Of a stretch of DNA of 64,000 nucleotides, positions 53,450 to 64,000 are shown piece by piece. The position numbers were made by a program, and so were the translations under genes. Origin of the DNA: Eledone cirrhosa (Eukaryota); contig OZ024742.1 of assembly GCA_964016885.1 (NCBI GenBank), forward strand, positions 34,596,001 through 34,660,000, in the 5' to 3' direction. The notes beneath the pieces were generated by a model. That model was not told where the DNA came from. It saw nothing but the letters and a program-made list of their open reading frames with translations, and searched no databases. The stretch's first letter is position 1; every line of letters begins with the position of its first letter.

Positions 53450-53915
53450 TATAACATAAGTTCCGAACGAAACTCGGACTGTGTATTCCTTGTTAAATCA
53501 CTAAAGTCAAATTAAGGAAATATCAGCTTCTATTGAAATGTACATTAATCAGCGGTTCGTATAGGGTATTTTTTCTCGGCTCTGTACGCACTAACGTGTT
53601 CCCATTCATATAAGCGTAGTAGAGTCTCCGTAGCTTCTGACGACGAATGTTTTCGTTCTTCGATAAATTAAATGGCTTGACAGGAAATTTACGTTCATGT
53701 GGTGAGAGCCTTAACATAGGGAGATTCATGTTTTGTGAACTAACTGGAGTAACGTGAAATAAACTGTTTTGTTCAAGGACAACGCCCTGCAAGTATGAGC
53801 CGAATATCCTAACCACTAAATCACACAACTTTACAATATATATATCCCCGCCCCTTTTAATGCCTTTCCATCACTCCCCCTCACACCCTCGGAACTCTTT
53901 TCCTGCCCACTTTTC

Positions 53916-53947
53916 TCCTGATGAAGGGTTTATGCCCGAAACGTCGG
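53916..53947 (+). ncRNA. Minimal type I hammerhead motif (Penelope-type)
   Basis: CUGAUGA-A-GGG(UUUAUG)CCC-GAAACGUC-GG. Stem III is the loopless palindrome ACGU and stem I is only 2 bp. Lies in a ~190-bp segment (53846-54035) bounded by (TA)n on both sides. Confidence 0.7.
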
Positions 53948-54029
53948 CCCCCTACCTCCACTCTCAAGTGTGAACCTAATATTAACACTTTGTACTGCAC
54001 TCTTCGCTTTGTTTTTGTTTTCTGTTTTA

Positions 54030-54068
<39 letters not shown>

Positions 54069-54071
<3 letters not shown>

Positions 54072-55310
54072 GATATTAAACAAATGGAAACTATATTTAT
54101 AAATATATATTTCTGGGATATCATATTAAAAATATGGTATGCCTTCCTCAGACAAAATACAATATATAAGCTGTTTTATAAATAATTTTGACATACCTTA
54201 CAATAATGCAACTTCCATTTAAAAAGTTGATTTGGTAGTGAAACTGTTAGGACAGTTATATAGAAAGAAAGACGAAGAAAAACGAAGATGAAAAGAAGAA
54301 GATGAAGAGATGTATGTAAATAAAAAAGAAGATGAAGAGATGTATGTAAATAAAAAAGAAGAAGAAGATGAAGAGATGCATGCAAAGAAAAACAACAGAG
54401 CGAGACAGAGAGAGAAAAGGAGATATGGGAGAGAGAAACACATTGAGGAAGTGAAAAAATATAGTAGGCAGCTTGGGGACAGATGATCATCGTATATGTG
54501 AGAGGTTAAGGAGGGAAGGGATACAGTTAAAACAGCCGACACATAAATCACGTCCAGTGTAGAGGAGAAAAAGAAAGAAAGATGATATATTTAAAATATA
54601 TTAAAAATATATTATGTCTCATCCATTTGAACCATCAATTTTTATGAATTAGGTACCATAATGTAAACATCAGTATTCACGAATATATCATCTTTCTTTC
54701 TTTTTCTCCTCTACACTGGACGTGATTTATGTGTCGGCTGTTTTAACTGTATCCCTTCCCTCCTTAACCTCTCACATATACGATGATCATCTGTCCCCAA
54801 GCTGCCTACTATATTTTTTCACTTCCTCGATGTGTTTCTCTCTCCCATATCTCCTTTTCTCTCTCTGTCTCGCTCTGTTGTTTTTCTTTGCATGCATCTC
54901 TTCATCTTCTTCTTCTTTTTTATTTACATACATCTCTTCATCTTCTTTTTTATTTACATACATCTCTTCATCTTCTTCTTTTCATCTTCGTTTTTCTTCG
55001 TCTTTCTTTCTATATAACTGTCCTAACAGTTTCACTACCAAATCAACTTTTTAAATGGAAGTTGCATTATTGTAAGGTATGTCAAAATTATTTATAAAAC
55101 AGCTTATATATTGTATTTTGTCTGAGGAAGGCATACCATATTTTTAATATGATATCCCAGAAATATATATAACGAAATAAATATGGTCTTATAAATATAG
55201 TTTCCATTTGTTTAATATCGTAAACCTACTCCAAAAACTGTTGAGTGCTTTTATATCAGTTATAAAATATTTACTCGTTGTAACCCAACAATTATAAATA
55301 AAACTTTTGC
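54069..55310 (+). mobile_element. Penelope-like insertion: inverted pseudo-LTR, 90-bp spacer, pseudo-LTR with tail, between (TA)n tracts
   Basis: Arms 54069-54591 and 54682-55222 are near-identical reverse complements (one substitution and an 18-bp indel seen). The right arm extends ~90 bp further to AATAAA and (TA)n, and contains a hammerhead. Confidence 0.75.
55114..55179 (+). ncRNA. Type I hammerhead motif with long stem II
   Basis: 8-bp stem I UAUUUUGU/ACGAAAUA; CUGAGGA 55122-55128; long imperfect stem II; GAAA; palindromic stem III AUAUAUAU; AUA site at 55171. Confidence 0.65.
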
Positions 55311-55373
55311 ATATATATATGTATATATATTTGTTTTGCAAGGTTTTTGATATGAAATTGTGTGTCGAAACAA

Positions 55374-55486
55374 ATATTGTTATACTCGGGGAGGGTCATA
55401 ACCAAACAGTGAGTGTGTTCTGTTATTATTTCTGGCAATATTCAATATTATTACAACAATATGACCCTCCCCTAGTATAACAATAT
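55374..55486. repeat. 27-bp inverted repeat ending in (TA)n
   Basis: atattgttatactcggggagggtcata (55374-55400) vs tatgaccctcccctagtataacaatat (55460-55486); one mismatch. Confidence 0.85.
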
Positions 55487-56552
55487 ATATATATATATTG
55501 TGTGTGTGTGACTGTCTGTGTTTATGAAGTTTGCTTAAGAACCATATGATTTCGGTTTCAGTCCCGCTGCAGTTTCACAAAAGTGTATCGATAAAATAAA
55601 TACCAAAGTACTGGGATCGATGTGATCAACTAAATAAGGCGTTGCCTCAGAATGACTGCAGTCTAATGACTGAAACCAGTAAAATAATAAAAACAATATA
55701 TATAGGCGCAGGCAGCGACTTGGTTTCAGATTCAGGCCGAGTGTTCTTCCTTGAGACAGTATGGTCTGGTTGAAGGAGATGTGCCTGTTATTTCTAGCAG
55801 CTCCAATGACCAAGTACGCGTTTTACTTGCTGGCAATTACTTGTGATATAGAAATTTAATTGCATTTGTTTTGATCTAACACCCTTTCGTGAGGAATAGG
55901 AAGAACGAAAAAGAAGAAAAGAAAGAATAATCAAAGGAAAGATCAACTTAAAGCAAGATATCTGTCAGTTTAAACGTTTTCCAATAACGTCTGATATGTA
56001 TGTGTGTGTGTATGTGTATGTGTGTGTGTTGGGGGGGGGGGGTTGTGTGTGTGAAAATCCCGTGTATATTTGATGCTATGTGTTTGTATGTATGCATATG
56101 TGTATATGTATGTACGTACATACAAGTACTCACATTAATGTTTCCAAAAATGTAAATAAAAAAAAATACAAAGAGAGGAGAAACCGTTATATTGTGTATT
56201 GTTTTGATTTATGTGTATGATGGAGATGGTGGGGGCATCGCTTTTCTAAAAGAAAACATCAAAGAGAAAAGAAAATAGCGAATTCCATCAGAAACGTTCA
56301 TTTGTCAATGAATTTTAGTTGGAATTCTTAAAAATAGAAGGCTGGAAATTTCAAATTCCGTTCGTTAATGCTATAAAATATAATCTAACAATAGAGATGT
56401 ACTTGTCTGGCAAGTGACTTCAGTAATTTTATGGTGGGAGAATTATTTTAGCTATTCAAGCCACACAAAAACTGCTATAGTTATTCATTCATCGTATTTT
56501 TTCGTCGCCCTTTTTGCGACCTGATCACTGACAAAATTTAACATAAAAATAT

Positions 56553-56651
56553 AAATTGTTTCTACTTTTTGGCACAAGGCCAGCAATTATCCCAGTGCAT
56601 TACTGGTACTTTCTTTTATCGACCCCGTAAGGATGAAAGGCAAAGTTAACT
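56553..56651 (-). mobile_element. SINE 3' half
   Basis: Reverse complement of the gttaactttgcctttcatccttacggggtcgataaaa…ggccttgtgcc family. Confidence 0.8.
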
Positions 56652-56799
56652 TGTATTGTATTGTAATATGTATTGTTTTGTAATAGGTATTTAACTTGTA
56701 TTGTAATATGTATTGTATTGTAATATGTATTTAACTTGTATTTCGTTGGGTGCGTGTATTTTTCATGGTGTGAAATGTGTTTTGGGCGTCCGGCAATTT

Positions 56800-57095
56800 C
56801 GACGACGAATAGAGTATTCTAGTTGATTGGATCAAGAGAACAGCCTACACGAGAAATTAGAGTGCAATTGCCTGATCATTACATGGACAGGTGTACCCGT
56901 AACCTAGTTGTCATGGGGATTCAGTATGACACAGGATATACCAAAACTGGCCCCTTTGAAATACAGGTGCAAATCCTTTTTAGTAGCTGGGTGACCTGCA
57001 GCATCGTGAAATAGTCTATAGGTGAAGGAAGCAATGTGCCGCATCAAATAGAACCGACGACTTTACCATCGTCAGCTGAACAAAGCGCCTTCACA
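56800..57095 (-). mobile_element. Degenerate tRNA-derived SINE
   Basis: Colinear with 62905-63156 and with the reverse complement of 41118-41308. Confidence 0.6.
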
Positions 57096-57294
57096 TGATG
57101 ATGTGAAGTAACACAATAAAACGCCATCAAAACACAGCCATACGAGAGATTACCTTGCGGTATTTGTTCCTATTGCTTGTGGGTTATATGTGTATTTCCT
57201 TCTTTCGGTATTGGTATATAAAGTATCAGTCAAGTTTCCGATTTTTCCCTTTGTCTTTATCCCTCCCTACTTTTATTTATTTATCGGAAGATCG

Positions 57295-57444
<150 letters not shown>

Positions 57445-57944
57445 ACATACAATTTAGTGGACTTTTTGCTTGAGTTCCTAACCTTGTATTACATTACAAA
57501 TCTAAAAATATATTTCGTGTTATGTGAGTTTTGACACAAATTTCAATCACTCTGATGCTATCTTTGCAAAAGATTAGGTGACTTCTAATTTCCAATTCAC
57601 TATTACTATGTTCTTGTTAACGTCAGACAGCTAGATTATCTACGGTAGCTAAGAGAGTGGGATTCTATTTAATACCGAAATGTAGCTGATCCATGCTCTA
57701 GATACCCCATATTTGTACTTAGCTGTATGCTTTGTAATCATTTTATTAATCAATATTTGAGCCTTACAGCATTAAAAAATTCTTATTTTATTCAAATATT
57801 TCTTTCTTAAATATTATATTCTATTTTCTTTTTGCTTGAATGAATGTAAAATTTTTGCACATGTAGGTTAAAATGTGATTGATCAGCAGTTTTTGAGATT
57901 GGCTATATTTACAAGTTGATAACTAATACATTAAATTATCTGCA

Positions 57945-58490
57945 TGCCTCAAATGATTGAATTACAAAAACCCTTTTCTTTATCTAATTATCTGACTACC
58001 TTTCCAAATAACCTTGTCATTACAGGGGCTATGATGTTAGTGGTTTCAATTAGAAGAACTGTAGCTGTCTTCCAATTAAAGATTACCGACACAATTGGAA
58101 GGATTGAAGGATTCGTTGTTTCTGATGCTTTATCTCCCTTGTTTCATATTCCAATTTTTCTCACATTTGTTTGTTATTTGTTTTCACTTCTATCTCTCTT
58201 CACTTATCCTATCTATTTCTTTATTGTGTCGTTTTCTACTTTCTTTGGGTAGTTCTTTTTTTAAATTGAAATACTTAGACTGATGCTTTTGATTAAGCTA
58301 GCAGCAGAATATCTTCATGTCCTGTGGCTATAAACGTTAACCATTTTCTCATATTCTCGTAACCTTTGATCCTTTTCCTTGGCTCTTTTGTTGCAGCATT
58401 TCCTGCAGTTCATCTTGTGTCATCTCATCTCTTTCTTGCTGTGATACTCTAGTATTTATCTCCTTTCTTCTAGCACACAGGTTTACCTAT
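57945..58490 (-). mobile_element. Very decayed LINE ORF remnants, clade uncertain
   Basis: Minus-strand frames give …EMLQQK/AKEKDQRLREYEK… and FNWKTATVLLI…, resembling pre-RT regions of non-LTR elements. Confidence 0.3.
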
Positions 58491-60587
58491 TTCTCTTTAA
58501 GTTCACTGAATTATTTCAAACACATTTCTTAATTTAATGATTTTCAATGTTATTCTATATTTTCCTGAGCAATGTTTGTTCCTTGTGTTGTAAGAGTGTT
58601 TCTTTGTTACTTCTGTTACCGTTTCTTTGTGCTCGTTGTCTGCAATGTTCCCATGAATCTAATTACAGAAGAGATGAATGGAAGGTGAAGTTTATATCTG
58701 TAGGAATAATTTTGTGCTTTTACATTGTTACTTGTAGAAATTAATTTGCGTTCATTATCGCATTTTAAAACTCCTTTAATGTTACTTTTCTTTTGAATTG
58801 TAGTTCTGTTATAGATATTTCATTGTCTTAGAGTCGTACCTAAGCTACTGATGACCTTGTGATTTATTCCATTTATTAATAGATGATCTGTTTCTTTGTG
58901 ACGATTTCATGGTAAGTTTGTAGTAATTATGCCTGGGGTCGTTAAAGCGTCGAGAAAATACTTTGCTATGTTTATTGCAGCTCTTTGTGTTTCGAGATTA
59001 ATACGCGCCGAAGTCAAATTTGCTTCTCATCCTTTCGGTATCGATAAAATAATGTATCAGTCCAGAGTGATCGATTGGCCTTTTAGTATTTGTACCAGCG
59101 TTTTGTATTCTGAGTTAAAATCAAACTCTAGGCTGATTTTACAACCTCCTTTGAGAAGCACTACGTCTTCAAAAATTGGTCACATTGTCACAATGTAGTC
59201 CAAGATACTCTAGATGCACTGAACAGCTGGTAAGAAATTGCTTATATTACGTATGTTAAACTACTCGCATTAATATTCCATAAATGTTAAACTAATGAAA
59301 GAAAACATTGATTTTTCGTTTCTTTTTTTGTAGTTGTTTAATTTTTTGTATGGGAATTTGGACAAAGCATTAGAGAGAAAACTATTTAACAGTTTTAATG
59401 AAATATTTTTCTCAATAATGAATAGAATCTGAAAACCATAAGTATGTGCTTGATCCATCAAATTTCAGTCATTAATTTTTATAGATAAATTGATCAATTA
59501 TTCTAAAAAACATCGGTTATGCGTAGTTAATTCATCATCTCGTCTGTCAGTTCCATTTATTCGCAGGGGTGTATTTACGTTTTATCTATTTTATGTCTTT
59601 TTTAGTTATCCATTTTTTCATTTGATATTGGCTTGCGGTTTCTTCCTCTTGTCATTCATTTGTCTCCAGCTTGGGTTTATACGAAGTCACGAGTTCAGTA
59701 AAATATTTTCGGGGTTAGTGAAAACAAGAGGTCTGTCAATAAAATTTGACAGTTCTTCATGATAGTCTTCATGATATTTTAAAGCTTCTACTTGTCGAAG
59801 CAATGGTTTGAATATGACATTAAGGAACACAATATCGGTAACATAACATTATTTTCTTTGTCCGATCTGATGATCAGCTCCTTTCCTTCTTTTATTTTCG
59901 TACCATAACAAAGGTTTTGAGACCTCTGATCTAACATACTGACCCTATTTTTCTCCAGCTGAAACCTTTAATCAAAATCTTTGCTATGAATTTGACAAAT
60001 TCGCAGAACCGAATTTGGGTAGAATGCTCTTGCGGTATTAGTTTTCATTACGGGTCCCTGCGCTCTGAATTCAAATCCGTCTGATGTCAGCTTTACTTTT
60101 CATAATTTTGTAGTCAATAAATGAATTTCTAGTCCAGTACAGGAGTTGATTTTCATTGTGTAGCTCTTTTTCACTCCCACCCCCTCACTCTCTTGAAGAC
60201 ATCCTGGAGAGGGATGGAATCTGTAAAGTTTAAACATACCTTTAGAGATTCATCAGAATTTAAAGAACCGTGGCATAATGGGGGAGGGAGGGGCTGAGAT
60301 ATTTAATTGAATTTCTATTGTAAGTTTGTTTCCACAAGATTTATCATTCCCCATCCCACCGTTTTCCCATGGTGTATTCTACCTTGTACTGTTTCGCCTT
60401 ACTTCATCAGAATGAAACTGACAAAGGCGTCAATGACGTCATTTGGGAATTCGATTCTGGTGGATATTTTGTCAAAATCCTCGTTGCTGTCGTTGATGAT
60501 GTTGTTATAGTTATCATCATATTGCTGCTGCTGCTGTTGTTATCACCATGATTACTCATTTTTTCGTCGTTATTACTGCCATTGTTA

Positions 60588-61012
60588 GGGCAGTGGATTG
60601 GCAGTATTGGTAGAGGGTCGAAAACCATGCTTTGCAGCATAGAGTTACGGCCCTTTATGATCTGAGTTCAAATCCCGCCGAGGTTAACTTTGCCTTACAT
60701 CCTTACGGGGTCGATAAAATAAAGTACCTCTAACTTACAGTCACGCACTGGGGTCGATTTAATCGACTTTCTCATACCCAAGAATTGCTGGCCTTGTGCC
60801 TAAATTAGAAATCATTTCTACTGTCATTGGATTGGCAGTATCGGTAGAGGGTCGGACGCCATGCTTTCCAGCATAGCTACGTCCCTTCACGATCTGAGCT
60901 CAAATCCCGCCGAGGTTGACTTTGCCTTTCATCCTTACGGGGTAGATAAAATAAAGTACCAGTAATGCACTGGGTAATTGCTGGCCTTGTGCCTAAAGTA
61001 GAAACAATTATT
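60588..61012 (+). mobile_element. Two tandem tRNA-derived SINE copies (60588-60816, 60828-61012)
   Basis: Both start ggattggcagtat.ggtagagggtcg, carry a B-box gag[t/c]tcaaatcc and end ggccttgtgcctaaa.tagaaa. Confidence 0.88.
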
Positions 61013-61944
61013 GTTGTTGTCGTATTTCGCCTTCCCTCAAAATTGCTGGCCTTGTGCTGAAACTAGAACGCGTTAATTCTGCCTCTGTAGATGTTTTTAC
61101 TGCTACTGTTATTCATTCCTGTTGTTCAAGCATCATTGTTACTATTTATAAATAGGTCAGCTTTGATTGAGTAGAACTATGATTAAAGGTGCCCAAGCAT
61201 TAACCATCCCGCCGTTTTGTAAATCAGGGACTAATAGCAGATCTAAAAACTACTTGAAGATTTCCTGAAAGTAGTAGTAGTTGCAATTACTGAGGTTGGT
61301 TCATTTCAATGCAGTTATCGCTGCACGATTTCAAACCCTTGCACTTGAAATTTTTACTGTATCTTGCACGAATATATTTACTATTTTCCCCTGTCATCCG
61401 ATTTCAATTATCTTTCTCTCCCTCATTCTCCCTCTCTCTCAGCTTCCCCTTATTGATATTTTCCCCGGTGCTATGGTTGACACGCTTTCTGATACTTCGT
61501 TATTTGACGAACGAAGTGACATTCAAAGTTCAAAAACTATTTACTGCCTATTGTAACGGTAAGTTACAATAGGCAGTAAGGTTAATATAGTTATGGTTAA
61601 TATAGTTAAGGTTAATATAGTTTTTCGAGTGAAGTTGGTTTAATTTTTTACAAGTGGAAATGTGATATCGATGTAATATAACAAAGCTGGCCGATATAAG
61701 TGAAAAAGGGCTTGTTTCAAATTTATATCATGACGATATTTAGGATTTTTATTATTGCGTAGAAAATATAAGGTTAGATCTTGCTCCACTTTCGTATAAA
61801 ATATTGGTTATGGGTGTGTGGTTAAGAGATCTCGCTTCGCAACTAAGCGGTTCATTACTACTAGTTGTCACTTTAGGCAAGTGCTTCGATTTGCCCAATG
61901 CATTGTGAGTAACGTTTGGTTGACAAAAACAGTGGTGATGGCCA

Positions 61945-61945
<1 letters not shown>

Positions 61946-62029
<84 letters not shown>
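61946..62029. repeat. (TA)n microsatellite
   Basis: Directly visible. Confidence 0.97.
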
Positions 62030-62033
<4 letters not shown>

Positions 62034-62166
62034 GTAAAAGAGTCAGGACCCCGACGGCTGAGCTCCGACCGTTTGACTCCTTTCCAATATTACCCACTCT
62101 ACTACCCTAAATATCGAGGAATCTGGTGCGTTATGGTCCACTTGGTTTCTTACCACACTTTCTTTG

Positions 62167-62203
<37 letters not shown>

Positions 62204-62572
62204 AACATGTGTACACACTTCAATAGCATTCACTTACCTGTACAGGTAAGTGATTATACATATTTGTGAACACCCTATATATATGTGTGTGTGTGTTTGT
62301 GAGCATATGTGTGAGTGCGCGTTCATTTGTGTTTATTGATTGTTTATATTACGTATCTTAGTGGCTCCACAAAATAAGTAGTGAGATCGATATGATGACT
62401 AATCCCCATCAATGAAGTATGGCCAGATTGTAACAACTAAAACAAGCAAAAGAAAACTAATGTACGGGAAATAAAGTCAAAAGACTGCTACGTAAATATT
62501 TATTCTTATGAAAATAGCAAAAGCTGTTTCTCATATAAGTACAACGTCAGAAATTCAGAGGGAGGGTTGTAC

Positions 62573-62710
62573 GGGTACTTTATTTTATCGACCCCAGATG
62601 AATGAAAGGCCAAATTGAGCTCAGCGAAGCTGGCAATCAAAGCTTAAAGAGTGGGAAGACAATACTGCGAGGTATTTTTTCCACGCTCTAACGATTCCGG
62701 CTCTCCGCCA
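62573..62710 (-). mobile_element. SINE fragment
   Basis: ggtactttattttatcgacccc…tgaaaggc…gctctaacgattc…ctccgcc is the reverse complement of the 51893 family. Confidence 0.7.
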
Positions 62711-62904
62711 ACTTATAACACAGCCGACTACGGGAGTCAAACCACGCATTGGCTGTATTAAAAGACTATGCTCGGGGCTTATACGCGTCATACGCTTACA
62801 CATATCATTTAGAAAATACATTGCACACCTATTACGCAGCGAGTGTGTGTATGTGTATATGTGCGTATAGGAATAACTTCCTTGCCAAGGACGATTGTAC
62901 TAGT

Positions 62905-63156
62905 TTATTGATCAACGGACCAAGCTGTTCGTGAAATTAATCTATAATATGCTGAGCATTCGACAGATATGTGTACCCTGTCTGACGAAGCTCGCTCTTT
63001 GAATTATAGATGCAACTCATTTTTCCTAACAGAGTGGAGTGGAGCAACGTGAAATATTGTAGATTGTTCACGGGCGCAATGCACCACTAGGAATCGAACT
63101 CCTAACATTACGGTCGTAAGGCAATCACCTTAACCACATAGCCATAGCCACACGTT
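62905..63156 (-). mobile_element. tRNA-derived SINE
   Basis: Minus-strand head tggctatgtggttaag…ggagttcgattcct, followed by the body shared with 56800-57095. Confidence 0.7.
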
Positions 63157-63412
63157 TTCACGGTTGAATAACATTCCAAAATCTAATAACTGCATATACA
63201 CATTTACAGATACAAAGCATATACACATGCACACATACAACTCAAAACATCCACATCCACACATACAATAACATCCATATCTACACATGCATGCATACAT
63301 AATCTACCTAGTTGATGTTGTGTAAATTCCAATGAGAGAGTCTTGTGTCTATGTTAGAAACCGACTCTCTCTCTCTATTGGGAAACAATTTGGGAAATTA
63401 TAAAACCAGAAG

Positions 63413-63468
<56 letters not shown>

Positions 63469-64000
63469 CCCAAATCTCATTTTATTCTTTCTTTGAGATA
63501 CCTACGTATTAGAGACAGTTAACTTTATGCTCCATCATTGTTTAGGCTGATTCAGACGGGTTCTGGCTGCTATCTCTAGCATTGATATAAACCGCTTATA
63601 TTGTCCAAATACATTGAGTAGAACATTTCCATACAGTAATTCAGTGTTGTGTCACGATGCTTCCCCATGTGGTCTACTAACGGCATGGTGTATATGATAT
63701 ATATTTTCAACTTGTCCCTTTGGGTGGAGTATATTCTTATGATAATTCAACGACACATCACATCGGCCACCATATAGGATCTAACAGTGAAATGGTATTT
63801 ATGATATATTTTCAACTTTTCCCCTCATTCTTATGAAGAATTCACTTCCCGATGAAGAAATTTCAATTCTTCCAACCTTGGTTATTCCAACGTCTTCGAA
63901 TTCCCGATGGTGTAACTTGATTTTCAGAAACAATGGTTGGACAATATATAAGTTACATTCACTTTCTTTTAGCTGATTTGACTTATATACCCTACCCGCA

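Noticed and set aside
54176-55097. Mirror-image 104/110-aa ORF pairs
   Set aside because: A consequence of the inverted repeat over low-complexity CT-rich sequence; no domain features.
59686-59960. Possible minus-strand exon (…VFLNVIFKPLLRQVEALKYHEDYHEELSNF…)
   Set aside because: In-frame stop just upstream, no recognisable family and no consistent splice context; needs tBLASTn or RNA-seq.
62982-63005. CUGACGA/CUGAUGA matches here and at 48166, 53637, 58848, 59867
   Set aside because: No properly spaced stem II plus GAAA plus NUH, so not hammerheads.
63327-63385. Hairpin ccaatgagagagtc…gactctctc…attgg
   Set aside because: Pairing is largely GA/TC low complexity and there is no ribozyme core.

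Overview
Gene-free, repeat-dominated animal genomic DNA. The SINE families and (TA)n/(CA)n/(ATGT)n density resemble coleoid cephalopod (octopus-like) sequence; this is an inference. 1-21091 is a 55-bp satellite array with higher-order repeats. After a 2-kb island, 23110-38588 is a G/T-rich ~79-bp satellite built around a variable (GGT)n tract. 38.6-64 kb is a mosaic of tRNA-derived SINEs, decayed LINEs (RTE, L1/Tx1-like, R4/Dong-like), two probable non-autonomous Helitrons and microsatellites. No host protein-coding exon could be supported; the ORF track is almost entirely repeat-derived. The main unexplained signal is a cluster of short, mutually unrelated elements in (TA)n tracts (45.5-55.3 kb). 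They carry minimal type I hammerhead ribozyme motifs, including a U3-A8 covariant core, and long fold-back inverted repeats. This is the architecture of Penelope-like pseudo-LTRs or non-autonomous retrozyme-like elements. All alignments and folds were done by eye.
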